Assembly: GCA_951406725.2 (NCBI GenBank)
Contig: OX597822.1
Span: forward strand, 60,078,001-60,142,000
Direction of reading: 5' to 3'
Length of the DNA: 64,000 nucleotides
Source: Octopus vulgaris
Lineage: Eukaryota
This document shows positions 11,406-24,466 of this stretch, in pieces (the first letter of the stretch is position 1; each line of letters opens with the position of its first letter). The translations under genes were made by a program, and so were the position numbers. The notes beneath the pieces are model-generated. The model made no database searches. It worked only from the letters and a program-made list of their open reading frames with translations, and was not told the origin of the DNA.

Positions 11406-12509
11406 TATTGATACCCAAATAGTTCAAAACTACAAATTAGCAAGAATTCCTTTATCTAAAATGTATCACATTTTCAAGCATGTAAAGCTTTTTGAATATT
11501 TTGATAAGCATATCATCTCCATAGTTCCAGATATGTTGGCATTATGTGTATATTGCATATTGAGAAAGCCAACATGATTCCTACAAGTCCATATAACTTT
11601 GTACAAAATACGGTGGTTAAAAATACTGGTGGAATTGAAGGGTACATAAATATAACATTTTCGAGGCATTGTCAAAATTAAATATACAAAAGGCATTTAT
11701 GACCTATTCAATAAAAATGTATTTAGTTTTGTTATCAAAACAGAATACGTGGATAAAAAAATCACAAGCTTGAGAATTGACTCATCAGAAATCACCTCCT
11801 CTTCTATCTATTGAAGATTAGAAACTCACAGCTTCATATGAGGAAATATTAACACACTATTTCAGACATAATGGTGGTTCAATCAGCAATTCAAGGTGTT
11901 AATGGGTCTGTGGTTTATTCACTGATTCTATTTTAACAGCAAGACTAACTATATGTTTATCAAACATACCACATAAGATGTCAGTGTACATATTTGTTCC
12001 TTACCATGTGGTACTCATACTCTATTAATTAACTAAATAATGATTCATCCTTCACTAAATTACAAATTTACTGACTCTTTGTTACATTGGCATTGCACAC
12101 TGAATCCACTGGAATTTGATAAAACAAGAAGCAAGTAAACAGTTTTAAGTTTCCACAAAAGGCATTTTCCTTTGCAACTCTTCAGAATTCAATATTTTTG
12201 TAAAGATGATTTGTATTTCAGTAAATATAATTTAGAACTATAGAATGAATAAAATTGCTTCTAGTATTCCCTTTCATTTCTTCATTTCCTAAACCAAACA
12301 ATATAAATAAGGTTTGAGAGGTATAATATATAACCAGTGTACTTATATGTCATTTCAAAATAAAGTTGACTAATTAGGCAGACCATAATGATAGCAACTA
12401 TATTAACAAATCAAATGTACAACTCAATAGATTGCTGCAATTCTCTTTTTTCAATGACTACATTTCTAGACAACTTCAACATTCATAATTGTAAGCATTA
12501 AATACATAC

Positions 12510-12656
12510 TGTGAAACGGTTTGATAAGCCATAAGCTTGTAAGATTTTAATTTTGAAATGTAAGTTTTTATTCAGACGTTCCTCTGGTTCGGAAAAAAAA
12601 CTTTCCTCACTATCAATCAAGTCTTTAGAGTCTTCACCGCAAGGAATGAGATGCAC
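12510..12656 (-). CDS. KIF28: Kinesin exon (C2-like): VHLIPCGEDSKDLIDSEESFFSEPEERLNKNLHFKIKILQAYGLSNRFT
   Basis: ttacag|GTG...ACA|gtatgt; 147 nt. Confidence 0.88.
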
Positions 12657-13198
12657 CTGTAATATGGAATTGAATTAAATGAATAATTATGAAATTTGCT
12701 ATTGGGTACCAAGTGCTATATCTAAAATGTGATAGCCTGGCTGTAAGGTTAAAAACTGAAAAACTGAGAGAAAATATGATACAGATGGAAAAGGTTCTAA
12801 AACTATTCATGATAGAAAATATAGTTTTTAGAAATAATCTATAATATTTCTGTTAAAAAATTTGTAAAATCATATTATAATGCATATCATTCAGCCTTGA
12901 CCATCTTGAATTTTATAGGTTATAATCATAATAATAATGACGATGTATAAACAATTAAAATAGGCATTCCCTTTAGATCATCTCCACATGGACAAACCAA
13001 GCTTCTAGATAGGTAGGAACAGGCTCAAGGAGAGAACAGGGGAGTGAACTTTTAAAGACTATGTGCCTTGAAGTGAGGTCAAGACCATGATGTAGCATAC
13101 CTCTTTCAGAACATAATTTTTGCCAACTATTGATAAGCTATGTATCGGAATTATCAGGTAGTACTAATAATTACAATTAACAAAAGCATTCCACTCAC

Positions 13199-13261
13199 CT
13201 CTATAGTTCCAACTTTACGAGCAGAACAATCTATGATATCTGAAACTTGTTTAGTATCAAT
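13199..13261 (-). CDS. KIF28: Kinesin exon: IDTKQVSDIIDCSARKVGTIE
   Basis: ttccag|ATT...GAG|gtgagt; 63 nt. Confidence 0.85.
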
Positions 13262-13808
13262 CTGGAAATAGAAACAATAACAGAAAAATAATAGAAACTT
13301 TAAAAAAATTTAAGTTATAAAATTATCAAATGCATTTAACAAGATATTCCAAAGAATGATAATAAATGTTGACTATTATAATAATTTCATACATGAGACA
13401 CAAAGGTTGTAAGGTCAAAGTTCTGAGATACTGACCACATGGATATGGTTTCAAATTTAACTTCAGTCACTTGAGCAAAACACTTGATGCTTGTTTTCCT
13501 TTTCAACAAATTTATATCTGCTGTATTGGAAATCTACAATAGTTCCATTGTTCCATTACTCCTATCTCAGTTATGAGCTTGGAACCCTGGTTATCTGTTA
13601 CAGCACTTACTATTTATTTAGATCACCTGTGAACTAAATCCCTATATTTTGTATATATGTATATATATATTATCATTATTATTATTACTATTATTTTCAT
13701 TCCTTGTACCATTTCCCCAAATTAAACTTTGCTTCTGGTTGCAGCTTATCTATTTAAAAACTCTTGTCTTATGTGCTCTTTTCCATTCTGTTAACACACA
13801 TAGTATAG

Positions 13809-15110
13809 GAGGTACTACAAATAAATGACATTTATTTGTAGTACCTCATATACATAGGTATTATCAAATGCGGATTTTATCTTATTTGCAAGATGTAGCG
13901 TTGTCTAATTTTTGCCGAGGGAAGAAAAGATAAGTTAACATTTGTTTTACTTTTGTCTCTATTTTTATTTCCTTATTATTTCATTGTTATTTCATTATTA
14001 TTTCATTTTTATTTCGTATTTGTTTATTTGCAATTCTTTATTCGTTATTCAGAACCTTTGTTTGTAATTTTTACTCATATTTTTTTCTCTTTAAAAATTT
14101 TTTCCTTTATTGCTTTTTTCCTTAAATGTTTATTCCTTGAGTTTTTATTCCTTAAATTTTTAATTCTATTTTTTATTCCTTAAATTTTTACTCCTTAATT
14201 CTTAATATTCAGTTATTATTTTTATTTATTATTTGTATTTCTATTCATTTGTACATGTTAAGTAAGTTTATATGGAAGATATAGAGCATCATGGAAGTAT
14301 ATAAGAGGTAGGGGTAGTGGAAAATGTTGAGGAATCCAGACCTGAAGATTGGGAGTATCTTGACCCGAGTAAGTATTGAAACTAGATACCTCATATCTAA
14401 TCAATACCAACGTACTTTCATGAAACACGTGTAGACTTATAAACAGAAAATACAGGATTCAGAATAGATATAGTTAGTATAAGATTTAATTTTTAACATT
14501 TTATGAAATGGTGGGTATAAAACCTTTCAGTGTGGATTGAGTTGAAGGTGGTTCTGTCTCTAAAATTACTTTTATATAAACAAATTAAACATTAAGAGAG
14601 GTTCGTTTTAGTACATCTAATTTGAATGTCTTTTCCCTGTGTACTTGGAAGTAATATTCCCTAATAATTATAATTATATATATGAAAAAGAAGAACGAAA
14701 ACGCTACTTTTTAAAAATTAGGTACATTTGAACTTCTTTATATAAATACATTAAAAAAATGTTTTTGTTTTATGTTTCGGTTGTTGAAAAACCTTATCAA
14801 AAATATATATTAAAATGGAATATGTAGAGAAAAATGTTATTTATAAAATTATTAAAATAAACGTTCATAGTGTACTTTTCTTTTTCCTGCATGAGCACAT
14901 GGTAATTTCTATTAATTTTCATGGCATTATTAGTGACACTGTCTGTGATGGTCAATTAAGTATATATTTAGAAAGTTGTTTGACGAAGAGCCATACTCAA
15001 AATGTTACACACACCCTCTTTTTTTCCATCTTAAACAGAGCATCAACCTAATACATTTACTGTATATGTCCTTTTGACTTTTGCTGCTTTTATTCTTATT
15101 TTCGATGTGC
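13809..15110 (+). mobile_element. Cluster of Penelope-like non-coding fragments with a terminal palindrome and hammerhead-like motifs
   Basis: Perfect 39-nt palindrome at 13809-13847, AT-rich body, CTGAAGA...GAAACACGTGTA motif at 14342-14433, relic motif at 14977-15010. Confidence 0.5.
14338..14437 (+). ncRNA. Hammerhead-like motif with a damaged stem I
   Basis: AGAC-CUGAAGA-U-UGGGAGUA...UACUUUCA-U-GAAAC-ACGU-GUA-GACU; palindromic ACGU loop; one mismatch in stem I. Confidence 0.5.
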
Positions 15111-15111
15111 C

Positions 15112-15145
<34 letters not shown>

Positions 15146-15277
15146 TCAGCCGAAATTGCGAAGATGATCCAGTTCTTGACTAAAGATTGAAGGCTTCGAA
15201 TGTCCTGTCCGTGTTTTTTGTGTCGTCTTCTAAATGTTTCATGTTCTTGTCCCAGTTTGTATATATTTTTTTACTTT

Positions 15278-15321
<44 letters not shown>

Positions 15322-15336
15322 ATATATATATATATA

Positions 15337-15431
15337 CACGAGGGTACTACATGAGTACCTGAATCACTAAAAAAGAAGTCAAAAATACTTCTTTATTTTA
15401 GCAATGCAGGTACTCATGTAGTACCCTAGTG
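15337..15431. mobile_element. 95-bp Tc1/mariner-type MITE in a (TA)n tract
   Basis: TIRs CACGAGGGTACTACATGAGTACCTG / CAGGTACTCATGTAGTACCCTAGTG, TA on both flanks. Confidence 0.85.
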
Positions 15432-15648
15432 TATATATATATATATATATATATATGAGTATATATATTGTATATATATTTTATTAATTTGCCTGTACAG
15501 CTGGTATTCGCTTGCCACTAGTAATAGTATTTTAATGGTACCATCGGTCTTATATTTACTTATATATATATATATTTATACCATATGTATAGACACATAT
15601 GAACCAATCATAGTTCATCTGAGATAGTTAATCACTGAGTGTACTTAC

Positions 15649-15732
15649 ACCATGAGCCAATGATTTCAAAAAAATTTCAACTGAACCAATCAGATAAGGA
15701 GTAGTTGGATCATCATAAAAAGGGTCTTTGTC
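15649..15732 (-). CDS. KIF28: Kinesin exon: DKDPFYDDPTTPYLIGSVEIFLKSLAHG
   Basis: tttcag|GAC...GGT|gtaagt; 84 nt; DPF...LIG motif. Confidence 0.92.
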
Positions 15733-16336
15733 CTGAAAAATAAGAAAATCTACAAAGTTTACAAATGCTCAAATCATTAGTCTAATTTTATAACAAATTT
15801 ATGAAACAATTTATTTAAAATTATATTTATTTATTTTTCTTTTCCTTCTTGTTTTTAAAAAAAAATATTATCAAGAATTTTGAATAATGTCTAAGTTAAT
15901 ATTTTGGATTATTAAGACAGGTTGTCTTAAGTCCAAGGTATCATTCTACCATTTTTAATGCTAGAAAGATGAAAGGGATGATCTCTTCAAAAATATGTCT
16001 ACTTTTCTATGTTTATTGAGCTTCAGATATTTATATCAAACTTTAGATAATGATACTTATATACTTTTTGTAACCTATAGAACTGGTTCCATCTGTTTTT
16101 GGTTTAGATGTCAGAAGGTTTCATTTACAAAGAATTAATGTCAATACAGTTATGGTTATATTTGCATTAAAATGAACATTTTTACAGGCTGTAATATTTT
16201 ATATATTCTAATTAATTTCCATAGAAAATTAACACATAATTTGATATGTATATATTAATTTATACATGAAATAAATTTCTTTTATTTAAAATGATAACAA
16301 TTTACATGTTAATAATATTTAGAAAGTAATATTTAC

Positions 16337-16471
16337 TTGTGGAAGTTTCCAATTTTCTCCAGTAATGAATTGTTGATAAACCTCTTGCATGATGTATTTA
16401 CGGTTAAGAAATTCCTGCCTTGACCAAATCCATTCAATATCACTTTCAGTGTCTGTAACCTGTACTTGAAC
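16337..16471 (-). CDS. KIF28: Kinesin exon (KIF1B-like): VQVQVTDTESDIEWIWSRQEFLNRKYIMQEVYQQFITGENWKLPQ
   Basis: ttacag|GTT...CAA|gtaaat; 135 nt. Confidence 0.92.
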
Positions 16472-17259
16472 CTGTAATTATTTCATTGAAATAACATAGA
16501 AAAAAGAATGAAAGCTACAAGTTTTACATGCTCTCTCTCTCTCACACACACACACATTCTTCTTTCCCATCAAACTTGCTAATAAAGATGTTTTAATGGT
16601 TTTAAGAGTAGTTTTAAGAGTAGTATATCTGACACAAGGTCTGTGAACTAAATAAACACTATACATTCGTAAATCAAATTTCATTTCAAGGTTGCTTAGC
16701 TAACTTCATTCACTCTGCAAAACTACTGGTTTCCTGCATAAATAAAAAAAATATATTCTGTTTATAAATTCTTGTAACAGATAGATAGGCATTACTTTCT
16801 AATAACTAGATCAACCATCAGTGAAAGGTAAAACCACATCCACTAACTCAGTGATGTTTGTCACAATGTTAAATAAATATTTATAAGTATTTATAACAAA
16901 GCCAACACAAATACTGTCGAGAAGTCACCACAGCTATATGTTTGCTCATGAGAGAGAGAGAGAGAGGGAGAGAGAGAGAGAGAGAGAGAGAGAACAAGAT
17001 GTGTATGGGATATAAGCAGATCTGATACAATCTCTCCTTATACAAGCATTGTGATGGGAGAAAGACAGATAGAGTGATAAGAATTGTGATAGAGGAGATT
17101 GACAATAGATAGATCTAATGTCATCCTTTATAATAGAGGTGGTATGGTACAATGAATAAAAAAGGGCAACTAAAAGAAAGATGAGAGGGCATTGAAGAGG
17201 ATGTGACAGAAGCAGAAAGAGACTTAACAGGACCATAATAGTGAAAGACTCAACTATAG

Positions 17260-17850
17260 CTTTATTATACATCCCATCCACCATCACTGCTACCATTTTA
17301 ATATTATTCATGCCAGGCTTGCATAGTGGATGGATTTTCTCTAGGATGGCATGTCACAGCAACTGCATTTCCTTATTCTCTTCATATGTTTTATCCTCTT
17401 TGTTTCAACCTTCATCACCTTGTCCATATTTTCTGCAATCTCCTTCTTTAACAGGTTCCATTCACTTTAAGTTCTCACCCCATATTTATACAACTATCAC
17501 AATTTGTGTGCATCACACACCAATGCCAGTGCAGTCTTTTCTCTTGCTCATGACATTGGATTACTTTTATACCAGTTTCATTCTCAGTTTATTTGATATT
17601 CCATCATTCATGCACACAAACATTACATATCTAGCAGAGTATGTTCGCTTCATTTCTTTCTAATTTTACAAATCTTCTGCACTTCAGATACAAGCATCAT
17701 ACAATATGCCCTTTGCTCTGAGAGAGATTCCATTTGTTACCTCCAATGGTAATAGTTCACTGAGCTTTCTCTACTCTGTCCTTTGCCTTTTGGTACATTC
17801 GCCTTCACTGCTAATTAGGTCAGCAAGGTAACAAAAACTATCAACTGTTA
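17260..17850 (-). mobile_element. Degenerate RTE LINE 3' fragment
   Basis: 17690-17845 is reverse-homologous to 20690-20860 (VVDSF.YLGD..., GLSLRVKGRLYDAC). Confidence 0.55.
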
Positions 17851-19876
17851 CTCATATGCTGCTGAACAAAATTCATTCTTATGAATTAATTGTCTGATGA
17901 TGTCAACCACATCAAAAGTTGTAAGGTAATTTTTGTTTACAATACCATATGACCTTTTTCATAACTTTACAGAATTTGTCTCAGATAAAGGTAACAATAA
18001 TTTTGTTTCATTGAATAAATGTTTAGTTCCAAAAGTAAAATTGTTCTTGAAAGTGTTAAAACTAATTTACAGAGTTAAACACCAAGGTATACATAGCATG
18101 AGCTGATTAAATTAATAGCAAAATGAATATCTTCTAAAGCTTCAGATTAAATCTTTAGCTCCAGTTTTATTTTGTGAAGCAAACTGGAAGCCAGTTTATA
18201 TGAGATCTGAGGTAATGCAGAATAAATGTACAGCACAGAATCACGACACCTTCAGTAAATTTGAACTGACAAACTAGATGTTGATAGTTTAATACTTCAT
18301 CCAAACAGTTGCTTAACCTAATTTTCTTTTTCTTTGCTTTGACCATGTTTAAAGCCATGTTTTATTGAAGAGTGGTTGAGTCTACTATATTAATCACAGT
18401 ATAGTATTAATTTGATTTGATTCACAAAAAGAAATAAAACAAAGTTAACTCAGGCAGAATTTGAACCCAGATATGAGAAAGATGAAGTTAAATATTGTAA
18501 ATTATTTTTGTTGAAAGGGCATCTAGCTATGGAAACAATCACTCTGAGCACTATATTGTATTGTAGTTCATTGCACTATTATTGTACATTCAAATCCTGA
18601 CAGAGTTAACTTCACATCTTAATAAAATAATCAACTGATTATGCTCTTCCCTTTTACACAACAGCTATTGTTTTCAACAATTCTTTAACTTATATTATCA
18701 CAGAATTTCAGTGAATTTTATCAGCTGCAAACCTTAACAGACTGACATTGTGTCAATGAGAAAAGTGAAACAATAATCACTCCAAACAGTCATAACTTCC
18801 TCAATATATTCTTAGATTATTCAAGAATATTCCCTGCCTCTGAATACTGTAAATATTTTCCTGCATGTCCTGGGAATATTTGAACTAACAGTATGTTAGC
18901 ATGTCAACTATTTGAAACATTTTATTTTCTATGTTTATAATTACAATTTTATTATCTTTTACTGTATTCTACTTTGTTAAAATGTACAATGAAACAGTTA
19001 AGTTCACGTGAGTACTTAACTCTTTACTTACAAGACACTCTTTTAAAACAAGATTGCAAGTGTCATAATCATTACTATTATCACAGTTTGTTTTATATGA
19101 AAAATCTGATACACAAACTTTCTTTTTCATTTAGTCTTGTCTTATTTCATCCATTAAGATCACCATTCTTTTGAAATGACTTTCTTCCAAACATTCCACT
19201 TCTTCAACTACTATTGACTATCAGTTATCTAATGAGGGACCCTCTATATGGTTGCTTAACCAGCTTGAAATAGCAACCAAATCTTCCTCTAATCACATCC
19301 CAACATCTTTTGCAAGGAAGAATCCATTGGATGTAGTCAAAGTCCACCTTATAAAGATGGGATGGGCATGACTGGATGATTTTAAGTAGAAGTTTGTTTA
19401 ATTAAGGTCTGTCCTAGGCCAAGCAACAACACCATTAACAACTTTTGAAACTTTTTCACCCAGAATGTACTAAACACCCATAGAAGGAGTATTTACTAAT
19501 CTGTTGGATAATTTCAGTTACTTTGATGAGACCCTAATATATTTGTATTTTGCTTGCAGAATTCTCCCTGAGTTATTTTCCCACAGTTATATTGTTAGTG
19601 TAAATTCTTCTTGAAATATTTCCACTTCATCAGATCTTAACACCCACCACCCAATAATGTTTCTAATGCTTCATTGGTTGTCTGATTGTGATGCTTGATC
19701 TGATCAATATAAAACTCAATTACTCTTTAACAAACTCCAACCTGTCAATATCACCAGTATCACAAGTTTATATTCCAAATATTAAACCAACAAGCTTCAA
19801 AGCAAAAGTAGAATGACTACAGCTAAAATACAAATTAACACAATTCATTGATTCTCAGAAGTTATTTAACAACTTT

Positions 19877-21951
19877 ATGAAAGTTACAGAGAGGGTCATA
19901 GCCCAACTGATTAGGGAGAGAGTCAGCTTGGATGAGATACAGTTTGGTTTCATGCCAGGGAAAAGCACCACTGATGCCATATTTCTGGTAAGACAGCTGC
20001 AAGAGAAATATCTAGCCAAAGATAAGCCCCTGTACCTGGCTTTCATTGACATGGAGAAAGCCTTTGATAGGGTCCCCCGATCCCTTATCTGGTGGTCAAT
20101 GAGGAAACTAGGGATAGATGAATGGTTAGTGAGAGCTGTGAAAGCCATGTACAGGGACGCTGTAAGTAAGGTAAGGGTTGGCAACGAGTACACTGAAGAA
20201 TTCAGGGTAGAAGTAAGGGTCCACCAAGGTTCAGTCCTCAGTCCCCTCCTATTTATCATAGTCCTCCAGACAATAACGGAGGAATTCAAGACAGGATGCC
20301 CTTGGGAGCTCCTCTATGCTGATGACCTTGCTCTAATTGCTGAGTCACTATCAGAACTAGAGGAGAAGTTTCAGGTGTGGAAACAAGGATTAGAATCGAA
20401 AGGCCTTAGAGTCAGCCTAGCTAAAACCAAAGTCCTAATAAGTAGGAAGGCAAGCAAACCACAAATCCTTTCAGGTAGATTGCCCTGCTCACTCTGTAGC
20501 AGAGGCATAGGTAGAAACTCTGTAAGATGTACCCAGTGTAAGCTATGGACACATAAGAGGTGCAGTAATATCAAAGGAAGGCTAACGGGGAAGATATTTT
20601 TTTTGTAGCAGATGTTCGGGAGCAATAAGCATTGAAAATGCACAGAGAACAACTTCCGCCACATTCCAGGGAGAAAAACTAGAAGTAGTTGATAGCTTCC
20701 ATTACCTAGGTGACCAAGTCAGTAGCGGGGGAGGGAGCACTGAAAGTGTAGCTACTAGAATAAGAATAGCTTGAGCAAAGTTCACAGAGCTCTTACCTCT
20801 GCTGGTGACAAAGGGCCTCTCGCTCAGAGTAAAAGGTAGACTGTATGATGCATGTGTACGAACAGCCATGCTACATGGCAGTGAAACATGGGCTGTGACT
20901 GCGGAGGACATGCGTAAGCTCACAAGGAATGAAGCCAATATGATCCAATGGATGTGTAATGTCAGTGTGCATACTCGACAGAGTGTAAGTATCTTGAGAG
21001 AAAAGTTGGACCTAAGAAGCATTAGATGTGGTGTGCAAGAGAGATGACTGTGCTGGTATGGTCATGTGGCAAGAAAGGATGAGGACAGCTGTGTGAAAAA
21101 GTGCCACATCCTGGGGGTTGAGGGAACCTGTGGAAGAGGCAGACCCAGGAAGACCTGGGATGAAGTGGTGAAGCACGACCTTCGAACTTTAGGCCTCACC
21201 GAGGAAATGACTAGCGACCGAGACTTTTGGAAATATGCCATGCATGAGAAGACCCGGCAAGCTAAATGAGACCATAATCTCATGGCCTATGCCAGGAATG
21301 TTACCAGCCCACTTATGCGTACCTTTTCCTTCTTTGGACACTAAAACTCTGCTTGCGAAGACCTGTTGAGGCAAGTGAAATCAAAAATCAAAAATCAAAA
21401 TCAAATTCGATGACTGGTGTCCGTGCTAGTGGGGTGCAAAGAGCACCCAACAAGTGTGATCATTGACAGAGCAGCTAACTGGCTTCCGTGCCAGTGGCAC
21501 TTAAAAGGCACCATTCGAGCATGATTGTTACCAGCGTCGCATTACTGGCACCCGAGCCCTGTGCTAGTAGGGTATTAAGAGCACCTTCCATGCATGATCG
21601 TTGCCAGAGTGGCTATCCGGCCTCCATGCCGGTGGCATGTAAAAGACACCATTCAAGCATGATCGTTACCAGCATCGCCTTACTGGCACCCATGCTGGTG
21701 GCATGTGAAAAAGATTCAAGCGAGGTCGTTGCCAGTGCCGCCTGACTGGCCCTCATGCTGGTGGGATGTAAAAGCACCCACTACACTCTCAGAGTGGTTG
21801 GCATTAGGAAGGGCATCCAGCTGTAGAAACTCTGCCAGATCAAGATTGGAGCCTGGTACAGCCATCTCGTTCGCCTGCCCTCAGTCAAACCATCCAACCC
21901 ATGCTAGCATGGAAAGCGGACGTTAATCGATGATGATAATGATGATGATGA
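19877..21951 (+). mobile_element. 5'-truncated RTE-clade LINE: RT, C-terminal region, repeat-bearing 3' UTR, (GAT)n tail
   Basis: ORF 19877..20608 has QFGFMPG, AFIDMEKAFDRV, QGSVLSP, LLYADD; downstream ORFs are frameshifted; ends in GATGATGAT. Confidence 0.95.
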
Positions 21952-22038
21952 ATTACAAATAAGACAATTATGGCCAATAATATGTTCATAATATTCAAAT
22001 AGAAATACATTATTTATTTGTGAAAATAAATATCTCAC

Positions 22039-22157
22039 CTCAGATTGATTATTAAGCATTAAAGAAAACACTTTCTTTGCATCAAGCTCTTTACTGATGG
22101 CATTAACTTCTTCAATGGCTGGTAGCATCTCAAGCAAATCTTCTTCCAGTAAAGTAT
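22039..22157 (-). CDS. KIF28: Kinesin exon: NTLLEEDLLEMLPAIEEVNAISKELDAKKVFSLMLNNQSE
   Basis: cacag|AT...GAG|gtgaga; 119 nt; E.NAISxEL motif; overlaps ORF 21904..22173. Confidence 0.92.
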
Positions 22158-22439
22158 CTGTGAATAGGAGCAATAGTTTGTGCTGTTAGATTTAAGAATT
22201 TTAAATGTTATGTTTAAACTCAAGGTAAATAATTATTCTCTGCATAACATCAACATATTTTAAAGGCATCTTTATAGACAAACCTCAAATACTTTGAGAA
22301 CATTCACTTTCTAATTTACTATGACAATATGATCAGTTTAACCTAGATAAAAATATCTTCAAGTAAATAAAATACATACTGAAGAAAGAATTTTTCAGTA
22401 AAGAGACACAAAAGCTGAGATTAATTCCTTGTAAGATGC

Positions 22440-24176
22440 ACTGGGTGCATCAGTTTTTGAGGACTCCTCTTTCAAGAGCTCTAATTTTCTCTTACTTATA
22501 TTTTAAAACTTACTTTTCAGATAAGTAATACCATACATCAGGTTGACTCAGCAAATGAAAAGGCCTGCTGTAATTGTTGCCTTAAAAATACAGCATAGTG
22601 TTACAAAGATAGCTCATTTTCTGAAAGTAGCCCAATCCTTTGCTGTCAAAGTGCAAAAGGAGCCAGACCCTGCTGATGGGGATCCAACATCAGTAGCTAA
22701 ATGCAAGACACAGGTACAGGGTCCTAATACCGTCAGAACACATAGATTTGTACAAAAAATAATCGATATAAAACATGGTAAGTCAATAAGAGCCATTGCA
22801 AAGGACCTCGAGATTTCAGAGTTCACCATCAAAGGAGCTGTACATAAAGGCATCCACTATGAGTTATATGTGATGCAGAGGGCTCAGTTTATGTTGGATG
22901 GGATGATAGAAAACCGATTGACCATGAAACAACTTGTTAAACAAGTAGAGACTGGAATAAAGGAAACCAAAGGAACGACAGGTGGTTATGCAGAGACTTG
23001 AATATGGTTCCTACTGTCATGCATACTAAATTCCCAGCAACAATCAATGCAGCTATCTACAAAGAAGTGTTGGAAAAAGTTGTGAGGCCCTGGATAGACA
23101 GAGTATGCAACAGGAAACCATACATCTTCCAACAAGACTCCGTGCCATCTTATTAGGCTAGAAGAACCTAAGTATGGATGCATGCCAATTTCCAAGATCA
23201 CATTTTCCCAGTCATATGGTCCCCTAGCTTAACAGACCTCAGTCCACTAGACTTATTATGTATGGGGCGTAGTCAAGAGAGAGGTGAATCAGTACCCCCA
23301 TAACACCATACAATGCCTCAAGTTCATCATAACCAGCACTATGTCCAAATTTGATGAAGATCATTTGATTCAGGCATGTCAACACTTCCAACCCAAATTG
23401 AAGTAGTCATTGTGCTAACAGTGAATTCATTGAATAACTGCGATAAAAGGGGAAATATGCTGTGTATGAGAAGACCCGACAAGCCAAGTGAGACCATAAC
23501 CCCATGGCCTATGCCAGTGGTGTAACCATCCCACTTATGCATACCTTTCCTTCATTAGACACTAAACTCTGCTTGCGAAGACCTGTTGAGGCAAGTGAGA
23601 TCGAAATCAAAATCAAATTCAATGACTGGCATCCATGCTAGTGAAGCGCTAAGAGTACCATACAAGCATGATCATTGCCAGGGCAACAAGCTGGCCTCTG
23701 TGCCAGTGGCATGTGAAAAAACACCATTCGAATGTGATTGTTACCTGTGTCGCCTTACTGGCACTTGTGCTGGTGGTACGTGAAAAAAAAACATTCAAGC
23801 GAGGTTGTTGCCTGTGCTGCTGGACTGGCTCCTGTGCAGGTGGCACATAAAAAGCACCATTTGAGCATGGCCATTGCCAGTACCGCCTGACTGGCTCTCG
23901 TGCTGGTGGAACGTAAAAGCACCCACTACACTCTCGGAGTAGTTGGCGTTAGGAAGGGCATCCAGCTGTAGAAACTCTGCCAGCCTGGTGCAGCCTTCTA
24001 GTTCGCCAGACCGCAGTCAAATCATCCAACCCATGCTAGCATGGAAAGCAGACGTTAAATGATGATGATTATGATGATGATGATCTGTACCAATTTGTTT
24101 CCAAATGCAGCTTTTCTAGGATGAGATGCGTTTTCTAAGTTCATATAAATGACTTCAAAAAAACTGATGCACCTGT
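22440..24176 (+). mobile_element. Degenerate Tc1/mariner-superfamily transposon (maT/DD37D-like) interrupted by an RTE 3' fragment
   Basis: TIRs GGTGCATCAGTTTTT / AAAAACTGATGCACC; HTH ORF 22543..23001 (KSIRAIAKDLEISEFTI), FQQDS and W.P...DLSPLD.YYVWG motifs. Confidence 0.8.
23451..24084 (+). mobile_element. RTE LINE 3' fragment nested in the DNA transposon
   Basis: Homologous to 21229-21951; (GAT)n tail. Confidence 0.9.
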
Positions 24177-24466
24177 TTAATGAACAGAGAAAACTAAGAG
24201 ATGACTCTCTTTCTCTATGACAAATGATAACTTGTAGAATTTACCACTTTAAGATAAATAATATTGATACTGTGAGTTGTGTTTTAAGAGGTCCCATTTT
24301 TATTTTTTATTAAATTCCATTATTAAATCTCATATGAAATTTCAAATGGTGTGACATATTCTGTAAACAAATTAACTGGATGCTCTCTTTGAGACAAACA
24401 CTTTAATTATTATAGAAGTCAGAATTTTAACCTTAAATTTTTCTATATACTAAACTCAGTTGAATG

